From: Geosiphon pyriformis uo1
Taxonomy: Eukaryota; Fungi; Glomeromycota
Reading direction: 5' to 3'
Length of the DNA: 50,318 nucleotides
Assembly: GCA_016748015.1 (NCBI GenBank)
Contig: JAAOMT010000281.1
Coordinates: 1 to 50,318 of the forward strand
The notes under the pieces are model-generated. The model saw nothing but the letters and a program-made list of their open reading frames with translations, was not told the DNA's origin and did no database searches. A program made the position numbers and the translations under genes. Every line of letters starts with the position of its first letter. The first letter of the stretch is position 1. This document shows positions 24,294 through 34,570 of the stretch, in pieces.

Positions 24294-27200
24294 CATTCTG
24301 TTGAATAAGTGATGTTACATTATCATATAGCATTTTTAGTCATGGAAATATTGGTTTGCTTTACTGCAATTTTACCAGAATTAGCAGAATTTAAACTAAA
24401 TATAGCATCTGAGATAATCCATACTAACAGTAAAAAGTTATGGGTTATTGGGTATCACAGGTATTGGTTATAAACATAGGAATTCTTTAACTACCAAATT
24501 GGTAGATTTAAAATGCTATGGCTTATCACAGGTTATGGGTTATCTTTAGTATGGATTATTTCAGGTTTGACTATAATTAAAATTTATTATAAGTGATTTG
24601 ACTTTTTTTTGTAATGATTAAAACTTTAAGAATATTTAATTACATCATATTTAAAATTTTTATCTAAAATTTTAAAGTTGATTTTTTAGAAGTTTTATAT
24701 ATTTTTATAATTTTAACAAGTTATCTATGTTGTTTAAATTATTTTATGTAACAAAATTTTATTAATAAACAAAACTTTTTTAATGATCTAACTTTTTATA
24801 AAGAGATCTTCAATACTTTTAAAGTTAATTGTTTATAATAATATTAAATGAAATAAAATAGAGTTGAAAAATAGGATTAATTTTTTTTGGTCTTTAAAAT
24901 ATCTGACACAAATTCTTTACTGCATTCTGCAATTAGGTAAGAATAAGATTCAATTTTCTATTAATTTAAAAAACTGTGGAAAAAATCCAAAATTTTTTCC
25001 AAAGAACATTATTGGCAAAAAGATCAAACTAAGCCTTGGATTTCTAACCTAATGACATTATTTTTCAGTACCATTAAGTATAAGTGAAAAAAATGAAACT
25101 CTTGTTTTGTGCTAAATGATCAAGCAAATATAAAACTTTATGCGAAGAATAAATCACTCGTGAATTTTATATATGAAAAAAATAAACCCGTTATTGAAGG
25201 TCGTCAACAATTTTAGAATTGTTGATATACCTCAAATAAATTTAAGATTAAAGAATGATACAACTTTTTATGCATATCTATACTAAGTAAAAAAAAGCAT
25301 GTCTATAATTTATTATTCAATTTAAACGCATCTAGAACTAAAATTTGTAAAGAAAAAACTTACAAAAAAAGGAATTCAGCCTGTTAGTACAGAGAATTGC
25401 TTTTCATCATTAATTTTCACTTTAAAAAATTTGATTTTACAAAAGTAAAAAGTAGTCATTAAAGGTAATAACATATATAGGAACTATAATATTTTCAAAA
25501 TTTTGTAACAATTTTAAATCTTTTATTTCTTGGTTGATAACTAAATTTTTTATTTGATATTAGTGAATTTTTCTAAATAGTAAAGCTATTTATTTATCTA
25601 TGTTTTTTTTATATGTACATCATCTAGAAAACTTCAATAAAATCTGAGTGATTGAACAACAAGATGTATTTATGTGGATTGTTGAATAAAATTAATGATT
25701 AGAAAAAACTCTTTTTATAAAGTATTTTCTAGAAATCTTATTTAAAATACAAAATTATTATTTTTTGAATTGTAACTAATCTGTTATTAATAAGAAATGA
25801 TTCAAACTTTAAAGTGCTATTTCTATTCAATTAATAATAAATATTAATCTAGTTTTTTTTTCCAAGTATTTAAAAGTAGCAGTGTTTTTCTCTTTTTTGG
25901 AAACATAATATTTTTAGATTTTGATAATACATAAATATTTACACAAAAGTATAGAAATTCATGTTTAAAAATAAAAATAACATATTTAAATTATGTATTT
26001 AATTACAACCTTTTTTTTTTGAAGAAAATTAGTGTATTAATAAAATATATTTTATTCACTACTATAATTTCTAGTTGAATATTGATTTTAATATATGTTG
26101 TTCAAACTTAAAAGACTAAAAAATTGATTTTTAATAATACGTAAGTAATCAAAGGTGAATTTATTGATCAGGCTAGCACAGTGATTATGAACTTAATCAC
26201 AGATCAGTTAAAATGCCGTAAAAGTAAAACACAATTGATTAATTAATTACTTGTACAATTTATAAGCAATAAGAGTTTTATGATTAAAATCATCCAATAT
26301 TTTTTCTATAATACACGAAACCACTTAAACTATACATATTGATGAAAGAATAAATGTTTCTATTAATTTATATATCTATTTTTAGCTGTTCTAACTTTTT
26401 TCCGACCAACAATTTGATTACGTTATTGAATCATGTTATTATAAACATTAAAAATGATTAGAAAACTTCTTACTTTAAAATTTTGTTATAATTTCTATGC
26501 AGTATCCTTCCAAAAAATAGTAAGGTTGAGTATTATTTTCATAAACTTATAATATTATTAAATTTCTTTGGGAAATTTTCTTTGTTGGTTTAATATTAAC
26601 TGACAAGAAATATATTAGATATTTGATTTCATCGCAAAAAATAAAAGTATGTTAACAATTATACACTTATATATTAAGCGCAAATATTTTACCGGGCAAA
26701 ACTAAAAGCTTAAAGTATAAAAATTAAAATAGTTAAGGCACATACTCTGTTTAAAATTAAAAATCTCTTTAAAAACAAATATTTTCAATATTAAACACAA
26801 TCTCAACCAATATGTTGAATTCTTAATTGTATTGCAAATAAACTTAAAGAGAATATCGATGTTTTTTAGAAAGTTATTTGAACTTCGCATTACATATAAT
26901 TTTTTAAACTTTTTTTTTTCTAAAGAAAGATTATAAGTTGAAGAGATTCAAATAAAATTGATAAACTTTAAATAAGAATCTTGAACAAATTAGGGAAATT
27001 GAAGAATGTATAAATTTATTAAATTTTAAAAAGGGTAATAAGATCACTATCTTAGATCATAAGAATTAGATGTTGTGAAAATATCAATTTTATCATTCTT
27101 ATTATTATTTTGATTTCAAGATTTTAACAATAGAAGCTTAAAATGACAAATTGAAATCTTAGAATCAAGATAAATAGTAGCCCAATCTATACATGGAGCT

Positions 27201-28731
27201 TTAGGTTTGTTGATTATAGAAATAAAATTTAGCTGGTTTTTTTTAGCTATTCTCTATACGTAATTCTTTATTAGCATCCGATAGACCAGAATGGCTCCAC
27301 AAGTTAGCTCTTTTATATTCTAGTGATTTGACAAATATATGCAAAATGGCAATATGTTCACAATCAAAATTTCTGCTTCATCAGAACTCAAGCTTTCTTT
27401 GCCTTACTTATAAATTAACTGCATAACTGACATTTCTATTCAGAATTTTCACCAAATGTCGAGATAACAAATGGAGATAAGCAAATGACAATGAAGATAT
27501 GTGCCGTTGACATTTTTATAATGGAGAAAATCCAACCCTTATCTAACAAGATCTTTTATTGTTGTATTTCCAAAGTTTGTCACAGATTTTAGCAATAAGA
27601 GAGCAGAAAAATAAGTCAATAAGTAAAATTATCAATATTTGTCTAGCACACTGTGATTAGTTTGATCTAATATTGTAAGGATGACTATCAGCAATTGTAT
27701 TATCTCATGAATTTCTCTTCTAATACTAGAATGACAAATTTTTATGTAGAAATATATCTAAAATTAGATTTTCTTTATTTACATGGCTCAGAGGAAAAAG
27801 TGATTTAAGCAACAATTATTCTATTATGGTTCTTAAAGCAATAATTTAAAAAATCAAAATAAATATATATGAAAGAATAAGCTGTTAGCATTTTAAGAGT
27901 AAAGATGTTTCTTTTCGATCAAGAGAAATTTATCAGTATAAATATATCTATTGAGGAAAATAAAAAACAGGAATTTGTTTTGGTCAAACAAATTTTAAAG
28001 CAAATTCAAAAGAAATTCATAAGTCACTTCAAAATTCTAGGCAATATAGTGGGTTTGGTAAAGACGATGATGATATTATTTCCTTCTTTTATCCAAGTCA
28101 CTAGAAAATGCTATAACAAAATAGGTCAATAACAATGGTATCAGACGCTTCACCAAATAATAATTAAAACATCTGTATTGTTTTCCATATGTATAAACAT
28201 ATATTCCAGGATATCACTGATAATTACTGTATGGGCGAAAATCATTGAAACAAAAATGACACATAAACTAATTACATTTTAATTTTTGTATTTATTTTCC
28301 AATTATTAATATGCATCATCAATTATTAGTCGGTACTTAATTCAAAGATACATGAAATCAGAATTTATAAATTACATAAATATTAAATTTAGAATTCTGA
28401 AAGCTGAGATAAATGCTCCGGAAAAGTTTTTGAGAACATGAAAAAAGATTGAAAACATAATAGCAAAATACATTTCTCTAATTCATCAGCTAGCTGCGAC
28501 TTTTATTAATCAAAAATTGTGTTTTGGCACAATATGATAACAGACCCTCAATATCTTTGAATGATCTATTATTTGATAATGAATCGGTATCTTCATCCCA
28601 AATTGTATTTTACTACCTCCCTTGTGATTGGAACTCAAACTAGCGAAATAAGAATTTGAATCAACTGAATTATTTTAATACTAAATTAAGATCTGATAAA
28701 TATTTTATTCTGATTTACAAAATATTTATAG

Positions 28732-29270
28732 CACCTTCAATATTAAAGCCACTCGATTTGTCAATAATTTTAGCTATACTACCACCTCATGTATTTGCTT
28801 TTAATTTATATGCAGATGGCTACCAGAATTATCAATGCAATGTTAGCAAAGTGCAGGGCCAGGCTGAAACCTGGGATCTAGGTATAAAAAAAATTGATTT
28901 CTTTAGAGATTTTCAAAGATTAAATCAAAAATAGGTTTGCTATTTAACATGTTTAGTTAGTCTACAGGCTTTTTGTTTAATAATTTTTTGGACAAAATAC
29001 TGGTGTTAAAAAAATAAAGTTGGCGACCATTTTTTCCAAATTATAGGTTTTCCATATAAACCAAAAAAATGTTGTTCTTTGGAGATACAAAATTTAATTG
29101 ATTTTTTTTCACATTTTTAGCTTTCTGGAATCGATGGAGGTATAGCAAAATGAAAGAGCAGTGCACTGAATAATATGTCAAGTGTTGTTACAAATATTGT
29201 TATTAAAATGACATTTCCTTATGGCCCTGAAAATATTGTTTGCTTTATAACTCAAATGACAGCTAATCAG
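28732..29270 (+). pseudogene. DUF3455-family pseudogene, 3'-truncated
   Basis: Exons give LYADGYQNYQCN...WDL, VGDHFF, and GGIAK*KS...SSVVT...YGPENIVCFITQ. TGA at 29151 sits at the expected conserved Trp. Confidence 0.7.
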
Positions 29271-29344
29271 GTTTGTTGAGTTGTTAATTTCATTGTAAGT
29301 CTGGAGGAAAATCACTTATGTGTTGAAATACATTAGCTTTGCAG

Positions 29345-30662
29345 AAGGATAATTCTTTCACGGTATTTTTTTCCGGTACTTTAGGAGCTCGGTCAGGATG
29401 AGCAATTAATTTCTTTATTTTGAGGATTTGCAGCTGAGATATCGAAAACGATGGCAATACCACAAACCCTTTTATTTATTCACCCATGGCTTCATCAACA
29501 AAGGCTCATGTGAGTGAACAATATACTTTTTTTGTGTGTCAATCCACAAAATTCTTATGCCATTATAGATGGAAAATTAAACTTGGTAAGAATCCGGCAC
29601 AAACCCATAAAGCTATGTTGATTAAGCGACTCAAGCCTATTATGGAGAAAAGATTGCAAAAAGAAAAAGAACAAGGAAAAAATTATGAACTACCGGTAAC
29701 AGCCTCAATTTCATTTTTATATACAAGTTATTTAAGTAAAAGGCAGCTTTCGAGATTTCTTTCACTTTTTAAGGTTGATTTGATTCGAATGACAAGGTAA
29801 ATGTAGACTATTCCTTCATAGCAGAACAATTGCTTCTTTCAATTTTGTCAGCGATCGATTCATTAAGCATTAATGCACTCAATGTTCTATATGGTAAGTT
29901 TTATTTCCATCAAGGTTCAAATTACGTTGATTGAGCCTTTATGGAAATTCTTGTTTTTTTTTTAAAAGACTTGGCAGCTCGAAAAGATTACCTTGACGGA
30001 TTATTAGAAGAGCAAAACAAGATTACAAAAGAATCAGACTTTGATGGGGAACTTACCCTCAAACTTGATAGTTTCATCAAAGAATCAATGCGACATCGAG
30101 GAGATATTCGTAAGCATTCTAGATATGTTTGTGAACCTATCTTACCTTGTTTCAAGAAGTTGATTACTAACTCTTTTCCGAAAAAATCAGTCGCTTTCCC
30201 ACACATGAACGTTGGCCCACAAATGACATTTTCAAATGGTTATCAAATACCACATAGTATCAGAACATTCAAGTATAACAGGCATTTTCCTTTTTCGCAA
30301 AAATTTCTTTTTTTTAACAACCCGATATTTCTTTTAAATTCCAAGGTCGAACAGTTTTTCTCTATCTACCATCAATTAATGCCGATAAAGATTTTCAAGG
30401 GTCAAATGGGCTAGAATTCAATGGTTACCTTTACCTTAATCAAAATAATCCAACAACCCGTGTCAGTCGAGAATTTTTGTAGTTTGGTCTTGGCAGACAT
30501 GCATGTCCAGGTAGATTTTTTGATATAATTCAAACAAAGACATTAACATCAATTATTATTCGAAAATATAATATCAGTACAAAAAGTAAACGACCTAATC
30601 AATCCATTGTCGAAGGATTTGCCTTCGTGCCAAATGAAAGTTTAACTTTTAAAAAGAGATAG
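29345..30662 (+). pseudogene. Cytochrome P450 pseudogene, 5'-truncated
   Basis: K-helix ExxR (KLDSFIKESMR), FSNGYQIP and heme motif FGLGRHACPGRFF. In-frame TAG at 30480 directly before the heme motif, other disruptions, and no N-terminal exons. Confidence 0.9.
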
Positions 30663-31135
30663 AAAATATCTATAGCTATTCTAAATAAAACTAAAGATAA
30701 GAATAACGCCAAATCAACTTTTATATAATTACCTCCTAAGTTTATGGTAAAACCTTAATCTAAAGACTAGCCGTAAGACAACTATTATATGTTGAAATGC
30801 TTTTTGAACAAGTCATCGTTTGGTTTGAACGGGTGGCTTGGGTAAACTTTAGACTAATCACTCACGACCAAATCAAAACAACTTACCTGCGGTATTGATT
30901 AACTTGTAGGCATATTGATTGATTGATTGATTGCACAACGACTTAAATTATATAAATGGCTCTTTTCCAATTTTTAATTCAGTGGCCCTGCTCACTTTGC
31001 CTTCCAACGCGTAACCACACTCTCTTATCAACAAAAATTTGTGGTAAGCATAGTTATGCTATTTTGTAAATATCTTGTTTAGTTAATAAATCCTGCAGTT
31101 ATCAACTTAATCAAAAAAAAAGATCGCTGCAAAAA

Positions 31136-31612
31136 ATGTCAACCACTACAAATACAGAACACGACGCGAAAAATGACCAGAAACGAAGAACATACTCATT
31201 TGTAGAACTTATTGCATATCGTTATTCACCCCTGATCAACAAAATTGAATGCAAGTTTCGACCTGAAGCTCTCTATATGAATTTATTAGTGAAAGAACAA
31301 AAAATTGTCGATATCAAAATGCAATTCTTTGTTACGCCACCCAATGAGCATGTCGAATCTCCTACGAATACTAATTCTGATAATTTGTTGGCCGTGATGG
31401 CTATGTTGAAGGCTCATATTCGGTGGAAGAATGTCTTGCAAAATCGCTGTGAAACCGAGTTGAAAGCAAATACCGAGAAAGAAAAAAAGATTTTTGCGAA
31501 TCCCTTTGAGTGTAAAAGCGTCGCATGGTTTGTGGATCATATGCAGGAGAAGGGAAAACATTCCGAGGATTGTGTTGCCATGATGCTGCCTGTGAAAAGT
31601 AGATATCATTAG
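31136..31612 (+). CDS. Hypothetical 158 aa protein (orphan, no family recognised)
   Basis: Locally GC-richer open frame, start context aaaaATGt, TATATAAA at ~30949 and a candidate 5'UTR intron (gtaagc...ctgcag, ~31044-31098). Confidence 0.55.
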   Translation: MSTTTNTEHDAKNDQKRRTYSFVELIAYRYSPLINKIECKFRPEALYMNLLVKEQKIVDIKMQFFVTPPNEHVESPTNTNSDNLLAVMAMLKAHIRWKNVLQNRCETELKANTEKEKKIFANPFECKSVAWFVDHMQEKGKHSEDCVAMMLPVKSRYH

Positions 31613-32650
31613 GATGCTAATAAATGGAAAGCCGAGAATGTTATCTTCAATTTAAGTTTGAATTAGGCTGGTTGTTGGTCAAAAGGAATCACAATATCAA
31701 GGGACGGGTACACGAGTAGATCATTTAAGAAGATTTAATGTGTTATTCTCTACAAATGAAATCGTTCTTTGCTATATATCGCTCCATCCGTCCTGCTTTC
31801 GTTTTCCTTCCATTTTAATAAATAATTGCAATTATTCAAACGTCTGATACACTGTCAGAAGTAACATCTTAACGCTTTAAAATTCTTGGTGGTTTTCTTT
31901 AGGGTTGCTTTGAATCAATGATCTTTTAATCTCTAGACTTTGATTAAGTTGGATAAGGTTTTTTTTATTTTGAAATCCCTCTAAAATGAGGTACAGATCC
32001 AATATGAGAAAAGTGAGTCATAAATTCTGAAAGTTGAGGAACAAATAATTCTGCCTCTTTGTTAAATACAATCCACGAAATTACTAGAACTTTGACTAAT
32101 AATAGCAAATTTTCATGTTCATATATGCTTTATTTAAGTGTTAACTTCTCTTGGACCTTCTCAAACTCTACTAGAGCGGCCTACAGCTTGGAATCTTGAT
32201 AACATGGAAATTGAAATTTTCAAAATACTAATAAATACAATACATGTTATATACAAAATTAATCAAAAAATACTTTTTGCAAACCAATTAAACAAGCTAT
32301 TTAAAAAGATATAATTTGCTACAAGAATTTCAAGGCCTAAATAATTCAATATATTCTAAAATGCTTGAGTTAACGATTGCCACATTCAAGAATATACATT
32401 AATAGTATTTAAAATAGTGTCTGAAAACATCACAGTAAATTTTTCACGTTTTCTTAGTCATCACCGAACCACAAAAGATTTAAATATCAAAGAAAAAGTC
32501 AAATTTTCAGGCTAAAATATGATTTAATTTAATTTAATTTAGGTGTATATCCCAAAGATTTTCATACATCTACATGTATGAAACCTTATTATCTAAATAT
32601 TGAACTCGATCTTCGTTTAAATATGGTTAAAAATCAAGAGATACCAATCG

Positions 32651-34077
32651 ATGGCTAAAGCTCTTAATCTGTTCGCATTTTTCTTTTTGCTCTTTTATCC
32701 TTGCATGAAATTCGGCGCACAAATATCAGGAAGGCAAGGTTTATTTGAATTAAATTTAAGACGTCAACAGAGTCACAAAACCTGGCATCTATATCATAAT
32801 GCTCGAAAACTACAAGTAAGGAATTAACTATATCTTTAAAAAAATAGTTTTTTTTTGACATCAAATTTTTCAAATTAGGCGAAATTGGGACAGAAGTCGA
32901 TTTTTAAAAAATTTCTGAATAGAACAACTCTTCGAGCTCTTAATCCTCGGTCATTCGGTGAGGACGGTTTGCAACGAATACCACCAAAAACTCTTTTAGA
33001 AAGTACAGAACAACTTGATTTGATGGGAATTTACGCAAGAATTGCAAATCTAGGTTATTGTTTAGATAACAATGACATAGGGAAAGTCGTGTCTGATAAT
33101 CAAGTCAAAGGTATACATATAATGTAAGGTCTATCAAAAATCACCTTTTCATTTTGAAATTTACAATATTTTCGATTCTTTGTTTAGCTTATGCTTTTCT
33201 AGTAGATGAAGAAATCATGGTTTTTTTCAAAAGCCCAGAGCTTAGTATCGAAGCATGGCAACAAAGAAAAAACACTATGGTAGATTATCGTCCCGAATTT
33301 GCTACAAACTCTCCGATGAAGGTGGATCAAGTTTGGTATAAGAATACGTTAATATTCAAAAATAAAATTTTTGAAAAAATTCATAGTCTGATACGCAAAG
33401 GAAATTTGGATAAAAATGAAATTCTTGTATCTTTTACAGGACATGGAATCGGTGGAGGTGAGAGAAAGAGAGGAGTTATTATCTTCAATGAGGAGAATTT
33501 TCGGAATTTCATAGAATTTTTTGAAAACTCTTGCAAAATTTTAGCATATGCAGTTTTGACAGCTTTGGAATTCGCAAAAGAAGTAATAATTGGAACTAAG
33601 CTCCATATCGATATGTTTATTTTTACTTTTGGGCAACCAAGAATCGGTAATGGAGGGTTCTCGAGTTTCGTTAATGATGTCGTAGCAATGTGCCGAATCA
33701 CACATACCAATGATCGAGTTCCCCAATTCCCTTTGGTGGATGATAAAGGGGAAAAATATTGTCATCACGATCAAGAAGCTTGGATTACTCATGATTGTAA
33801 TTGTCTAGAAACCAGCACTACCACAGAATATGTTGTTTATGAGTGTCCTGGATATAAATCCGAATGGGGCGATATTAGAGAGCATCCTGTAAGTCTCAAT
33901 GTTACAAGAGGTTTTAAAGCAATTTTAATTCTCTCAATTTCTGAACTCTTTCTTTTCAACAAGGATTGCAACTTGAAACAAGAAGGATCGGAAGAAGATG
34001 CTATTCGTGCACATTATGGACCATATTTTGGCACAACCATGGGAGACTGCAAATCAATGTGGCAACGATGGTGGTGA
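32651..34077 (+). CDS. Secreted class-3 lipase-like protein with Ser-to-Gly nucleophile (GHGIG), 5 exons, 374 aa
   Basis: Exons 32651-32815, 32879-33110, 33188-33457, 33545-33888, 33964-34077 join in frame (1125 nt) with GT-AG introns. Signal-peptide-like MAKALNLFAFFFLLFY. Motifs FTGHGIGG, FTFGQPRIGN, RITHTNDRVP, AHYGPYFG. Confidence 0.9.
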
Positions 34078-34452
34078 ACCAGAATTAGAGCCAACACTTT
34101 TGAGGAGATTTGGATTGATGAAGAAGCAAATAACTCTTTTTTCTTTAAAAAATTGAATTGGATTTTTATATTGTTTCTTTCTTTCAAAAGAATTCCGCAT
34201 TGAATACCTAAGTTTATAAATTTATATTTCCCTATTTATGAAAGAAATAGTTGATTAGAAGACTAGATTTAAAAAATATTGTTTCGCAGGTAATCTCTTG
34301 TTTTGGGGTGTTTTAATTTTTCTTATTAAATGTAATATGTTCTTTCATTTCAGAAAATTTTTATTGAACAATTGCATAATTAGATGTTAAGCATAATATT
34401 TTTTCTGTTTCACAGGATTTCAATAGAATAAACCAGAGAATTTGACTTGTTG

Positions 34453-34570
34453 TTTGAAAACAAATGAATAACTGTTGACAATTTACTTTTAACCACGATT
34501 TAGATTTGAAATCAAATGAATATGCTGTTAACAATTTACTTTTAACCACCGATTTAGATTTGAAATCAAA
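34453..34570. repeat. Two copies of a ~52-54 bp tandem repeat
   Basis: atgaata.ctgtt.acaatttacttttaaccac(c)gatttagatttgaaatcaa occurs twice. Confidence 0.85.

Larger units (their letters stand above)
22328..24573 (-). mobile_element. Full-length pogo/Tigger-like (Tc1/mariner, DDE_1) DNA transposon, 2246 bp, inactivated
   Basis: 26 bp TIRs cagtcaaacctgaaataatccatact (22328-22353) and its reverse complement at 24548-24573 (one mismatch), TA on both sides, and an internal transposase relic. Confidence 0.93.

Noticed and set aside
24075-24308. 77 aa ORF with 19 aa repeats
   Set aside because: It is the translation of the 57 bp DNA repeat on the strand opposite the transposase, with no independent coding evidence.
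33154-34077. 307 aa ORF as the true protein
   Set aside because: It starts at a TTG inside an intron and reads through two 3n introns. The spliced 374 aa model fits the paralogs better.
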